A DNA stretch of 64,000 bases from Myxococcales bacterium (GCA_049841135.1 JASGHK010000008.1:147272-211271); one strand, 5' to 3'; shown: positions 1 through 9,682, counted from the stretch's first letter. A program made the numbers and translations. The notes: generated from the letters alone by a model not told the origin.

Positions 1-1971
1 TCCTTGACCACCTCTAGGAGTTCCCTCGCTGCCGCCTTCGCCTCCTCCGGGGTCGGTTCGGCAGGGACCGGCGCGCAGGGGCCGCTCGGACGGAAGAGAA
101 GCCCAGTCGCCCCGTCATAGCCCGGCTTGTCGATGATGCTGCCATCCGGCCGGAGAGATGGAGAGCCGATCACGCCGCGCAACTCGCGCACTCCTGGCCA
201 GTTGCCGCGACAGAGCGTGGCCGCGATGACTGTCCCTGGAGGGTCCATCGCGACAAGGCCCTTATCGGTTTCGTGGGCCCACCGCAGGAGGGCGCTGGCC
301 ACCTCCCAGAGCTGAGCCGCCGACAACTCGCGGACCACGGGCGCGCCAATCTCGCGGCGGCTGTGCGCGTTATCGGGTTGGCCTTCCCAGGCGGCCACCA
401 TCACGAGGTGCCCGTTGCGCTGATACACGTCCGGATGCCCAGCCAAAGCCTCGGTCAGCGCGGCAACCGATAGATGCCCATCGCTTGGGCGCCAGACGTG
501 GATCGGTCGCTCGTCTCCCCTCACCCTCGGGAGATCCCACTTCTTCCGCGCCATGCGCTTGAGTGTGCCGATCTTCTCGCCGGTCTTGCCCGACAAGAGC
601 CGCAGCCCCTCGTTGCGGTCCATTCTCGACGTGCGGGCCCTGGGCCTCTGCAAGTAGTTTCAGAACGCGATCGATCGCGTCGCGGAGAACGCCCTGCGGT
701 GAGTCCTTGGAGACCCCGGCCAACTCCTGATTGACGCGCCAGACGGTCGCGGGAGTCGCCGCTGCTATCCTCTCCTTCCACTTCTCGATGCCGTGCCGGT
801 GGATGAACTCGTCCGGATCAAGGTCATCAGGCAACCGCTCGACAACGAACGCGGCGATGCCCGCGCGTTGCAGCGCTTCGATGTTGGCGAGCGTGCCACG
901 ATCCCCGCCGCCGTCCGGGTCGCCACAGACACAGACCTTCTGCACTCCTCGCCGCCGCACCGTCTCCGTCTGCTCGCCGTTCAGTTGCGCCGAAACGGAC
1001 GCCACCACGCTGCTGTCTCCGCGAATCTGGGCAAAGGCTGCGTCGTTCACGCCCTCTACAAGAACGATCTCGCGGTTGCCATCCTCCAACGCGCGGTCGA
1101 GGAAGAAGGGCGACCGCTTCGTGTTCTCTCCAGGCAGGGCGAGAGTCTTTGGAACCCCCGTCTCCTTCCATTTCGTGGCTGCCTGTTTGTCGGGGGGCAG
1201 CGCCTGCCATGCGGCCCACTCCTCCTCGCGATCCTTCGCCCACGCCGCAGCGTCGCGCTTCTCTGGGGGTACCTCTGTGTGCCAGCGACCATAGAGGGTC
1301 AGCGGTCGACCGAACTCATCGTTCCAGAGATAGGTGATGAACCCTTCAAACTTGCGCCAGAGCAAGCAGGCCTCTCGCGCCTCGCCAAGATCGGCCCCTG
1401 CCCTGTGTAGCGCTTGCTCGACACGGGCCGCAGACAGATAGAGGCCCAAACCCAGATCGCGGATTTCGGCGTCGGTGTAGTGGCGCCCTTCGCGCAGGTA
1501 AGATCGCGCCCGTTCGCCCTCTGGGCTCCACAACTCCGAGACGCAGAACTCTTGGGCCACAGCTAGGGCCGTGCGGCGCTCCTCGCGTCGCCGTGCTTCC
1601 TCGAGCTGCTCGGGCGTCTGGTCTCGGTCCAGCGGGGAGGCGTCTACGCCCGCCAATCCAGCGAGTTTGCGGATTGCGCGGATGAAGTCCTCGCCGGTCG
1701 GCTTGCGGCCACCGTTCACGAGGTCCAAGAAGCGAACGCCCGCGTGGCCGTGCGTCTTGATCCACCAAGGGCGGTTTTCGTAGACGCAGAGGCGCTCCGG
1801 GTTCTCGTGCCCCACAGACTCGGGGAATCCGGCCGGCCACTTCGTCGCCTCCCAGCGGCGCCCCTTCTTCACCCACCCGAACTCGGGGAAGGCACGGTCG
1901 AGGTTGCGAAAGAGAGCGGGCAGCACCTCGTCCTCAAAGAAGGTGCTCGGCTTCAGGTCGGGGATGCTCAC
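1..1971 (-). CDS. TOPRIM-domain DNA primase-family protein (phage/plasmid type). It continues past the left window edge and is disrupted by indels.
   Basis: DnaG-like TOPRIM motifs EIVLVEGVNDA and VCVCGDPDGGGD in the 370..1971 ORF. Downstream, well-formed protein sequence continues in other minus frames to position 1 (…LLSGKTGEKIGTLKRMARKKWDLP…GYDGATGLLFRPSGPCAPVPAEPTPEEAKAAARELLEVVK). Frame switches at ~606-609 (C4 homopolymer), ~361 and ~300. Confidence 0.55.
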
Positions 1972-2255
1972 GACTCACCCCCGTCCGCGCCAACGGCCTG
2001 CTTCGGCATCGAAGGCTCTGCGCCTTCCGGCCGAGTCCGCAGCTCGCCACGTTGCAGCCCCAACGCACGTTCGACGCGAGCCACCCAGTCGCCGGGAGGC
2101 GTGGCCACTCCCCGAACCCACGCAGAAAGCGTGCTCGGTGACACGCTGAGTCGCTGCGCAAGTTGGGCCTGGGTGAGGTCCGCCAGTGCGAGCGCCGCCA
2201 GATACCGCCTGTGATCCAGTTGCACCATTTTCAGCCTCCGTTGCCGCGCGAACAT
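1968..2255 (-). CDS. XRE-family helix-turn-helix transcriptional regulator
   Basis: HTH signature LTQAQLAQRLSVSPSTLSAWVRG. Overlaps the primase start by 4 bp, so probably co-transcribed. Confidence 0.6.
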   Translation of the reverse strand: MFARQRRLKMVQLDHRRYLAALALADLTQAQLAQRLSVSPSTLSAWVRGVATPPGDWVARVERALGLQRGELRTRPEGAEPSMPKQAVGADGGES

Positions 2256-2321
2256 CGCGGCATCAACGGAAGGCAGGATGCGACTGGCGGGTGGGCTAAT
2301 CGACGGAACTAGGCGGTCGTT

Positions 2322-3161
2322 CTAGCTGCCCTCGTTTCCGCCTATTCCCTGGAGACGATCGTTCCGGAGACGAGCACTCTCGGCGTGCTCCTTGCGCCAG
2401 CGACCGATGCGCGCCTCTTCCTCGTTGACGTCACCGCAGGGGGGCTCTAGCCCAGCCACCACGGACAGCGCAGCAATGTCTCTGTAGGAGATTGCCATGC
2501 CATGCTTCTCTGCTGTCCCGAGTAGGGCTTGGGCGAAGGTTCGGCGTTGGTCCTGAGTGTAGGCGGACTGGTGCGCCGGCCCCTGTTGCTTGGCGTAGTC
2601 TTCAACGTCCCCCAAGTAGCAAGCCATGCGGCGCAACGTCTTCACAAACAGCGGCCACTCGGCAGCGAACCCGGGAGGCCAGGTCTTCCCCGGCGGGCCG
2701 ATCTTCCGGCACGACAAGTAGGCGTGCGCGAGTTCTCTCGCCAGGGCAGGCGACGCGTCCAAAAGGCGCCGATCGGCCACCAGACTAGGCAGCATCTGGG
2801 CGCATATTCCCTTCGCGTTCGTGATCAGGAGACCCGCCCGCTCGTCGCCATGAGTCGCAACGAGATAGGCGGTTGCTGTTTCGAGGCTCGCGGTCGCTGA
2901 TGGCTTCGCCTTTGGCCCAGTCTTCGCCCGCGCCTTCTTCGGAGCCGAGCGAGGCGGCGGGTCTGCGGAGGCTGGCCGCGAGACCTTGGCAGCAGGGATC
3001 GGAGGGAGTTCGACGCCGAGCCTGCGCGCGATTTCCTCGCCATCGGCGCATCGGTAGCAACTCGCCCGGGGACCCTTCTCGCGCTCGTGCCTCTGGCGCT
3101 TCGGACAGTCCTTCTCGGGAAGTTTGCACCGCAGTTTCCTGCAATAGAACGACGCGCCCAT
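2322..3161 (-). CDS. Hypothetical protein with an N-terminal Cys-rich (zinc-finger-like) segment
   Basis: ORF with a GGGAG RBS before MGASFYCRKLRCKLPEKDCP…CYRCADGEE. No family recognised. Confidence 0.4.
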   Translation of the reverse strand: MGASFYCRKLRCKLPEKDCPKRQRHEREKGPRASCYRCADGEEIARRLGVELPPIPAAKVSRPASADPPPRSAPKKARAKTGPKAKPSATASLETATAYLVATHGDERAGLLITNAKGICAQMLPSLVADRRLLDASPALARELAHAYLSCRKIGPPGKTWPPGFAAEWPLFVKTLRRMACYLGDVEDYAKQQGPAHQSAYTQDQRRTFAQALLGTAEKHGMAISYRDIAALSVVAGLEPPCGDVNEEEARIGRWRKEHAESARLRNDRLQGIGGNEGS

Positions 3162-3238
3162 GTTCCGCTCCCACAGCGGCCCCAGGTGAGAACCGGCGGC
3201 GGGCAGGCGCACTGGGGATGCGCTTTTCGGGAGCTACC

Positions 3239-3646
3239 CTAGCCCGCGCCGTTCAACTTGGACTCTACGCCTGGCCGTGCTGCTTCTCCCATTTGTGGAA
3301 CGAGGCCAGTTGCGCTTGCTGGCGGGCGCTGAAGCTGGCAAATGGGCGTGGTCATCGCTGCGTTGAGGTCCGCGAAGGTCGTCTTTCCGGTGCGCTCGCA
3401 GTAGGCGCGCTCCCGCATGTGGAACTGCTGGGCGGTGATCTCGACGTACCAGCGAAACGCGGGGTCCCGGCCGATGCCCGCCGCGATGCGCTCCGACGTG
3501 AGGATGGGCAGTTTGTTGGCGGCGGCCTTCACCTTCCTGGCGACCTCGCGCAACTCGGCGTCGGTGACAGGCTTGACGATGATGGCGGTCTCCGCGGCCG
3601 CGTTCTTGCTCTGCGAGGCTGGACGGTTCAACTTGGTGGTAGCCAT
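3239..3646 (-). CDS. Hypothetical protein
   Basis: 135-aa ORF in the same operon orientation as the RHH and primase genes. No recognisable domain. Confidence 0.35.
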   Translation of the reverse strand: MATTKLNRPASQSKNAAAETAIIVKPVTDAELREVARKVKAAANKLPILTSERIAAGIGRDPAFRWYVEITAQQFHMRERAYCERTGKTTFADLNAAMTTPICQLQRPPASATGLVPQMGEAARPGVESKLNGAG

Positions 3647-3761
3647 TGCGTCGCTCTCCGTGTTCGGCGCGGTGGTGAGGGCGGGGGTCCGGTTGCCGCC
3701 GGGCCTCCGTCCGTTCCTCCTTCCGGCGCGCCAGAACCCGGAGGGAGGAGGAAATCTTCGA

Positions 3762-4022
3762 CTAGCCGATTCCCCTCTTGGCCCTCTCTTGACGCGAGCC
3801 CATGCCCTTGACGGCGCTTGGAGCTCGGGGTGGGGCGATGCCCTCCTGCTTCTCTACAACCGGAAGCCCGGCGAGCAGAATCATGCGAACCACGTCCGTG
3901 GTCGTTGGCGCCAGTCCGGGGCGGGAGAGTTTCTCCTTCACCACCTCCAGGCGCTCGAAGAGTTCATGCTCCAACCTGATGGCGATCTGCGTCGTGTTCG
4001 GCGTCTTGTTCGTGGGCACCAT
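3762..4022 (-). CDS. Ribbon-helix-helix (CopG/Arc-like) DNA-binding protein
   Basis: AAGGAG RBS 6 bp upstream. N-terminal beta-strand plus two helices: TTQIAIRLEHELFERLEVVKEKLSRPGLAPTTTDVVRMILLAGL. Divergent from the resolvase gene. Confidence 0.5.
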   Translation of the reverse strand: MVPTNKTPNTTQIAIRLEHELFERLEVVKEKLSRPGLAPTTTDVVRMILLAGLPVVEKQEGIAPPRAPSAVKGMGSRQERAKRGIG

Positions 4023-4142
4023 GCGCGGCTCCTTGATCGTTGGAAGGAGTCTATTGGCGGTCGCAATATTTGTCAACCACGCATTGCGCGCATTGCTGGG
4101 TGGTGCTACTGTCCAAGTCGCACCCGCTCGGAGGTCTGCCCG

Positions 4143-4784
4143 ATGCCCAAGAGTCAGCCCGCTGCCGCCTGCTACCTGCGCGTCTCCAGCGACCGCCAGA
4201 CCGTCGAGAACCAGCGGGCCGAGGTAGAGGCGCTCGCACGGGCCAGGGGGCTAATGCCGGTCTTCTACGAGGAGACGGAATCCGCGGCGAAGAAGCGGCC
4301 CGAGTTCGACCGGATGCTGGCCGAGGTGCGGCGCGGAAAGGCTTCGGCCGTCGTCGTCTGGGCGCTCGACCGCCTACACCGCTCGATGGCGGGCGCAATC
4401 AACGACGTCTTGGAACTCGACCGCCTCAACGTGCGCGTCCTGTCGGTGCGGGAGCCCTGGCTAGACACGTCCGGCCCAGTTCGCCCCCTCCTCGTCGCCA
4501 TCTTCGGCTGGGTAGCCGAGCAGGAGCGGGCCCGGCTCATCGAGCGGACGAAGGCAGGAATCGAGCGCGCACGGGCCGAGGGGAAGCGGCTGGGGCGTCC
4601 GCCCACGTCGTCTATCCTTCTGCACGCGGCTCGCGATCTTGTCGCCGGGGGCGCGACTGTCGCGGCGGCAGCACGAGCCAAAGGCGTGTCCCGCGCAGCT
4701 CTCCGGCGCTTCCTGTCCGCTCAAGGTGGCCGAAAAGGTGTCTCCGGGGACCCCACTGGCGAGGCCCAGATTCCCGCCCCTTAA
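4143..4784 (+). CDS. Small serine recombinase (resolvase/invertase family) with a C-terminal HTH
   Basis: Catalytic-serine motif YLRVSSDRQ near the N-terminus. Resolvase-like core (VVVWALDRLHRS, ERTKAGIERARAEGKRLGRP). The in-frame ATG at 4143 sits inside the longer 3417..4784 ORF. Confidence 0.8.
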   Translation: MPKSQPAAACYLRVSSDRQTVENQRAEVEALARARGLMPVFYEETESAAKKRPEFDRMLAEVRRGKASAVVVWALDRLHRSMAGAINDVLELDRLNVRVLSVREPWLDTSGPVRPLLVAIFGWVAEQERARLIERTKAGIERARAEGKRLGRPPTSSILLHAARDLVAGGATVAAAARAKGVSRAALRRFLSAQGGRKGVSGDPTGEAQIPAP

Positions 4785-4900
4785 GGTGGGCGACCTCGGG
4801 TGGCCGGAAAGGGTCGTTATCGGCCGCCGGGTCTTCCCAAGCCCGCCACTTGCCGGCGCGCTCCCGTGGCAAGAGACTGAGGCACGGGGAGGTACATGCG

Positions 4901-5224
4901 ATGGCTAAGCGCGAAGCGGGGCGAGCCGTGGTGATCGACGGCTCCTATGGAAGTGACAACGTCTTCAGCCTTCGAATCTTCACGACCCGCGGCAAGCCGC
5001 TATCGCCAGGCGAGACAGATCGGCTGCTGAACGTGATCTCGGAGTATTTCCACGCCATCGGCTTCACTGCCATGAAGGTGGGGACCTACCGCCGCAACCG
5101 CCAAGGGGACGAGTTCCGCTTCCAAGTTGTGGAAAAGGGAGAGAAGTGGATGCCGGTCGAGCCTGTTGACCTGTCTAAGCTCCGAAAGCCGAAGCGGCAG
5201 CCGAAGACGAGGCGACGGCTCTAG
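4901..5224 (+). CDS. Hypothetical small protein
   Basis: GGGAGG RBS before ATG 4901. 107-aa ORF with no recognised domain. Confidence 0.35.
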   Translation: MAKREAGRAVVIDGSYGSDNVFSLRIFTTRGKPLSPGETDRLLNVISEYFHAIGFTAMKVGTYRRNRQGDEFRFQVVEKGEKWMPVEPVDLSKLRKPKRQPKTRRRL

Positions 5225-5274
5225 AGACCGCGAGCCGCAAGCGACGCACATCGTTCGAAGCCGCGTTGGCCGTG

Positions 5275-6351
5275 TTAGCGGCAGCAGGCGGGGCGTCCAG
5301 CAAGGACTTGCGCACAGGAGCCACTTGCGGCGAGCGGGGACTTCCAGAGGCTGTGGTCAGTCCACGTCGACGGCAATCCCATCGACGTTGCGAACAATGG
5401 ATCCTTGTCCACGCTCTGAAGAAGTCTTGCGGCGTCCTGCGCCCACTGCTCGCCTCCTGGCACTGGCTTAGTGAGGTGACGAAGGATGCTGAGGACACAG
5501 AAGACCCTCGTGTTCCCGAATTGCCAAGTTGGATCCTTCTTGGGCAGCAGCGGCTTGATCGACAGCTCGCGATTCCAAAGCCGCCCATGGTGTGCGCAAA
5601 CGTTTCGAACGTAACTGAGCGATCGAAGCCATGAGACGGCGACGATGGCGGTGACCCCGAATTCGCCGGCGATTGGCAATCTGTCGCCGGTCAACATGTT
5701 CTCAAATAGCAAAGAGAGGCTACCGAACGACATGACCTCTGATGCCATCCAGATCGGGATTGACGGGAAGCCGTTGTACTTCGACCGGAAGTGCCCCAGG
5801 AAGTTCTCGCGAGCGCGATGAGTTTCTTTGCGCAGCGAGTCGATCCAGTCTCTGTGTCCCACGGCCCATGAGTGGTCGAAGTTGCGCGCGTCCTCGTGGG
5901 CGAAGGCCCCATGCCTATGACCGAGTTGGTAGGTGATCTTCGTCCGCAGCAGGATCTCTACCCGCTGAATCGCATCGAAGACACACAGCCGCAAGCGTCG
6001 ATCGAACTCGTACAACTCAATCGCTCGCTCGAACGTCGCTCCCGCAATGAACGTGTCGTCGGGGTGCTTGAACGGGTGCCAGTAGGCGCTAAGGCGGTAG
6101 TAGCTGATGCGCGCCAAGCGCTCCAACGCACGCGGACGGTCGGCTACAGCAAGACCGCGACGCTCAAGAAGGGCGAGCTGGTCACTGAAAGTCAGCGCTT
6201 GCTTGCTGTATGGTTGCCCCACAGTTGTCAGTGTGGCTGTTCGCCAAGACGCTGGGCAAGAAAAAACCGGCCTGAGGCGCGTGGCCCTTGCGGACCAGAG
6301 GCGTGGCCGGTGTGTTGAAGGCATTTTGCGTCCCACAGGTTGTGGGGTCAA
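5275..6351 (-). CDS. Abi-like abortive-infection protein (Abi_2 / AbiD-AbiF family). The N-terminal start is uncertain.
   Basis: Family hallmark YSKQALTFSDQLALLERRGLAVADRPRALERLARISYYRLSAYWHPF followed by a conserved helical body. The true start is probably internal (TTG/GTG around 6225-6235). Confidence 0.7.
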   Translation of the reverse strand: MTPQPVGRKMPSTHRPRLWSARATRLRPVFSCPASWRTATLTTVGQPYSKQALTFSDQLALLERRGLAVADRPRALERLARISYYRLSAYWHPFKHPDDTFIAGATFERAIELYEFDRRLRLCVFDAIQRVEILLRTKITYQLGHRHGAFAHEDARNFDHSWAVGHRDWIDSLRKETHRARENFLGHFRSKYNGFPSIPIWMASEVMSFGSLSLLFENMLTGDRLPIAGEFGVTAIVAVSWLRSLSYVRNVCAHHGRLWNRELSIKPLLPKKDPTWQFGNTRVFCVLSILRHLTKPVPGGEQWAQDAARLLQSVDKDPLFATSMGLPSTWTDHSLWKSPLAASGSCAQVLAGRPACCR

Positions 6352-6413
6352 GAGGGAGATGTGTTAGCCGTTGGGGGTGTTTGCCCAACCCCTCGTCCTT
6401 GCTCGTCTTCTGC

Positions 6414-6677
6414 CTAGATCCCCTCCCGCATCACGCGCTCGATCTCCGTCCACGGCACCTTCCAGCGTCCATTGATGCGGATGGCGCGGATCCGCTTGCA
6501 GGCGACCAGTTCGTGCAGCGTGTCGTTGCGGCTAACGCCAAGCATGGATGCGGCCTGCGCAAACGAGAGCAGAGCACGCGGCGGGCGGCGCTTGTGTGAG
6601 AGCAACTCGTCCAGCTTCCGCTCGATGCGGTCCAACTGCTCCCGGAGAGCCTCCCACTCTGCCTTGGTCGGTTCCAT
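6414..6677 (-). CDS. AlpA/excisionase-family (HTH_17) DNA-binding protein
   Basis: LLSFAQAASMLGVSRNDTLHELVACKRIRAIRINGRWKVPWTEIER matches the Xis/AlpA helix-turn-helix pattern. Confidence 0.6.
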   Translation of the reverse strand: MEPTKAEWEALREQLDRIERKLDELLSHKRRPPRALLSFAQAASMLGVSRNDTLHELVACKRIRAIRINGRWKVPWTEIERVMREGI

Positions 6678-6793
6678 ACGAGCGTTCTAGTGCCTCGCGG
6701 ACTTCACGTCTCGTCTCGCGTGGCGCGTGGGCTTTGCGCGGCTGTCTCGCCGGGGCGTAGCATCCTCCCAAGCCGTCAACCGGGGAGGGACCG

Positions 6794-7408
6794 ATGCGAA
6801 TCGCCGTTGTGCTTGCGGGCGCTGTGAGCGCTGTTCTGGTCGCCCACCTCGGGGCTGGCCGCGCGTCAGCGGCCGAGCCCAAGAGGCGCCCCGATGCGAG
6901 CAAGGCCGTCACGCTAGATACTGAGCTTGGTTCTCTTCTCCAGGCAATGACCACCAAGTTGGCTGCTGGGGATTGCAAGGCCTCCACATGCGCGAAGGCC
7001 AATGAAGCAGCACGGAAGTCAGAAGCGGCACTGTCGCCATACCCGGTCGGTTCCTCCGCTGACTTGAAGTGGCACGCAGCCACTAGCAAATGGGCCACGG
7101 ACTTGGCGAGGCTGTGCCGAGATGCACGCCAGGAATCTGTTGATGCTGACGAAAACTTTGAGACACGCCTAAAGATGCGAGAGAAGCCGGTCTCTGACTG
7201 CGAAGGGAAGTGGCTCCTCTCTTCGTCGCTCGACGCGACCGCCAAGATTCTTCGGGCTGCCGCAAAGTCCCTTCCTGATGCGGAGGCGAGCAACAACACC
7301 GCGAATGACATGTACGAGCGGGCCGACGTCTTCGCCGCTGAGGCACTCAAGGCAACCAAATACTTCCACGCGGCCGGATGCTTCGTTGTCGAGACGACGG
7401 GTCCATAG
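6794..7408 (+). CDS. Secreted hypothetical protein
   Basis: GGGGAGGGA RBS. N-terminal signal peptide MRIAVVLAGAVSAVLVAHLGAGRASA. No family assigned. Confidence 0.45.
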   Translation: MRIAVVLAGAVSAVLVAHLGAGRASAAEPKRRPDASKAVTLDTELGSLLQAMTTKLAAGDCKASTCAKANEAARKSEAALSPYPVGSSADLKWHAATSKWATDLARLCRDARQESVDADENFETRLKMREKPVSDCEGKWLLSSSLDATAKILRAAAKSLPDAEASNNTANDMYERADVFAAEALKATKYFHAAGCFVVETTGP

Positions 7409-7515
7409 GCGCGAGACCGTTCTACCGATTGCTTCGTCTTCGGGGGCTTCGTCCTCATCGAACCAAGAAGCGTCCCCCCCCCCACCTTGCACTTGAGCCG
7501 TCGGGGAAGAGAGCC

Positions 7516-8814
7516 TCACTCCGTCGGGCAGTCGCCCGTCTTGGCCGTCAGCAGCCCATCCACAAACGTCAGCGTGCACGTTCCCTTGGCCGTGGTTACC
7601 GCCAGGTGCGTGGTAAGTCCCTGCCGCCAGTCGGTGTCGTAGCCGTAGAGAGTCGGGAAGTAGCCGCCGCCGAGCGCGTAGACGGTACCGTTGAACAGCT
7701 TGTTCCCGGCGAAGGTCTGGTCGGCCGTCGTGACGTGGCCTGCCTGCGATGCAGATGCGGCCTGCGTCGTCAGTGGGCTGCCGGCGGTTCCAGCGCCAGT
7801 GATGGGAGCGGAGACGTGCAGCGCCGCCGCCAGGCTGACCGACGACCAGACTGAGCCAGCGTCGCAGACCATGAGGAGTTGGTCAGTGGTGTTCCATGCC
7901 AGCGCGCCAGCGGCGCACACGGCCGGGAGGCTGCCCACCGTGTAGGAGCCGACGCGAACGGTCTGCGAGAAGTCGCCAGTCCAGCCGGATACCGTGCCCT
8001 GTACTGTGGCCCCATAGGCGTTGATGGTGTGCGTGTAGCCGCCGCCAGTCACGGTCAGCGTTGGGGTGGTGACCGAGGTTGAGAAGGTCTTGGCACCAGC
8101 CGCGGTCTCGTTCCCAGTGAGATGCAGCGCGTACGGATCGGACTCAGACACGCAGACCGGAGGCCCGTCCGAGGCCGTGGTCTTGAGGAAGGTGCCAGAG
8201 TCGCAAACTGGCCAGCCGCTTACCTTCCCGAGCCCGACGCCGTCGATCTCGCCGTCGCTGACGCACGGCCCCTCCAGGCAGTACAGGTTCCCTGCTGCGC
8301 TTGCCCAGTTCACCCAGTCGACGCAGGTAGGCGAGGCGCCGCCCACGGACGCGAGGTTGTACCCGGAGCCGCAGACCGGCCACTCACTGACCTTGGCAAG
8401 GCCGACCGTGGAGATCTCGGAATCGGCCACGCAACCGGAGCACTGGAGGTCTGCCGCAACGCTGGCCGTGGGGGCGTTGGTCGCGCAAGTCATGGCGCCA
8501 GTGCTCACGTTCCATCCGGTCATGAGGCCGCTGCCGCTGCAAGTCGTGCTGGCGCCGTTCCCCTTCACTCCGCCGAGGGTCGATGCTGACGCAACAGGAA
8601 GCGTGTAGCCGGGAGAAGTACCGCTGGGCGTGCAGTTGGTCCAGGCACCGCTACGGCAACACCAGACCTGGGCCGGGTTCGTCTGAGTGACCCAGACGCG
8701 TGACCCTACGCAAGTGCCGGAAGGGATGCCCTCGGCCACATAGACCGGAGGTCCCTGCAGTGCTTGCAACGCAAACGCAACCGCTACTGCGGCGCCTGAG
8801 CCAAGACAGTCCAT
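7516..8814 (-). CDS. Secreted cysteine-containing repeat protein (fibre/lectin-like)
   Basis: Start MDCLGSGAAVAVAFALQALQG (signal peptide, GGGAG RBS). Internal ~45-aa repeats (EISTVGLAKVSEWPVCGSGYNLAS / EIDGVGLGKVSGWPVCDSGTFLKT). Thr/Gly-rich beta-rich C-terminus. Confidence 0.5.
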   Translation of the reverse strand: MDCLGSGAAVAVAFALQALQGPPVYVAEGIPSGTCVGSRVWVTQTNPAQVWCCRSGAWTNCTPSGTSPGYTLPVASASTLGGVKGNGASTTCSGSGLMTGWNVSTGAMTCATNAPTASVAADLQCSGCVADSEISTVGLAKVSEWPVCGSGYNLASVGGASPTCVDWVNWASAAGNLYCLEGPCVSDGEIDGVGLGKVSGWPVCDSGTFLKTTASDGPPVCVSESDPYALHLTGNETAAGAKTFSTSVTTPTLTVTGGGYTHTINAYGATVQGTVSGWTGDFSQTVRVGSYTVGSLPAVCAAGALAWNTTDQLLMVCDAGSVWSSVSLAAALHVSAPITGAGTAGSPLTTQAASASQAGHVTTADQTFAGNKLFNGTVYALGGGYFPTLYGYDTDWRQGLTTHLAVTTAKGTCTLTFVDGLLTAKTGDCPTE

Positions 8815-9254
8815 GACCAACTCCCATCCGAGTTTTGAAGGCAGATCAAAAGTTGCTCCGGAGTGCCTTCGTCCTGCACACGTACAAAGCGGCCAAGCCA
8901 GTTTGGACCTGGGGCCGGAAGCAGTTCGGTCTTGCCGGGCACTGCGCCCGAGGTGACGAACCGCGGCGGGTACATCGCTACCGTGTTCCAAGACCACCGA
9001 TGCTCATTGTTGGTGCTCGCGTCCTGCAGACAGACCTGCAACTGCTCGGGGGTTCGGAGGCTGTCCCAGACGCGAATCAACTCGCCAGCCTGGGCCTCGC
9101 CTGCCTTGAGCCGCTTCGCTGTCGTAACCCTGGGCGGATAGGACATTGCCCAAGCAGTAAGGACACGGAGAGCGGCGATAACCTGGTCCTGGAACCGAGC
9201 TAGGACTCCGTCGTTGACGTGGAGGCGCATGGGCTGCGGGAAGTTCCGGGGCAT
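8784..9254 (-). CDS. Hypothetical protein with two copies of a ~30-aa CLQ…SWSW repeat
   Basis: Repeats IRVWDSLRTPEQLQVCLQDASTNNEHRWSWNTV and VRVQDEGTPEQLLICLQNSDGSWSWTVL. Paralogous to the adjacent upstream gene. Confidence 0.45.
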   Translation of the reverse strand: MPRNFPQPMRLHVNDGVLARFQDQVIAALRVLTAWAMSYPPRVTTAKRLKAGEAQAGELIRVWDSLRTPEQLQVCLQDASTNNEHRWSWNTVAMYPPRFVTSGAVPGKTELLPAPGPNWLGRFVRVQDEGTPEQLLICLQNSDGSWSWTVLAQAPQ

Positions 9255-9274
9255 GGCGTGCGGCTCCTTGAGGT

Positions 9275-9571
9275 TCAGGCCTTCGCCACTGTTGCCCAGT
9301 GCCACGAGTCGTCGGCCCGCTGCAGGCAGATCACCAGCGAATCCGCCTCGCCCTCGTTCACCAGCCGCACCATGCACCCCTCGAAGAACGCGGACGGGGC
9401 CGGGAGCGCCTGGGGCGTGTAGCAGGGGAGGCGCCGCTTGAACCGAGCGAGCAAGACACGCGGCAGGGCTCGGAGGGCGGCCCACAATTCAGCCAGAAAT
9501 TCCCGATTTCGATTCATTTGTAATTCTTTCATTGTTTGCGTGCGCCGAGCAATCAGACAATCCGGCTTCAC
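9275..9571 (-). CDS. Hypothetical protein, a paralogue carrying one CLQ…SWHW repeat
   Basis: VRLVNEGEADSLVICLQRADDSWHWATV plus an N-terminal helix similar to the neighbouring gene. The start may be at an internal Met (MKELQ). Confidence 0.4.
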   Translation of the reverse strand: MKPDCLIARRTQTMKELQMNRNREFLAELWAALRALPRVLLARFKRRLPCYTPQALPAPSAFFEGCMVRLVNEGEADSLVICLQRADDSWHWATVAKA

Positions 9572-9682
9572 TCTTGCTGAATACTAGCGAAATTCATTCT
9601 TGATATTGCATTCTATCACGCGATAGCCCTAATCGAGCGTATAATTATCATCAACAAATCGCATCAAATAGGAGTCTTCCCG
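9486..9682. promoter_or_regulatory. AT-rich intergenic island, likely a divergent promoter region inside the acquired element
   Basis: ~200 bp of roughly 35-40% GC in a 70% GC background. Contains TATAAT-like hexamers (tataat, tattg) and short inverted repeats. Lies between divergently oriented genes. Confidence 0.45.

Noticed and set aside
3417-4142. N-terminal 240 codons of the 3417..4784 ORF
   Set aside because: It is antisense to the 3239..3646 gene and the RHH gene. The resolvase homology, with its RBS-compatible ATG, starts at 4143.
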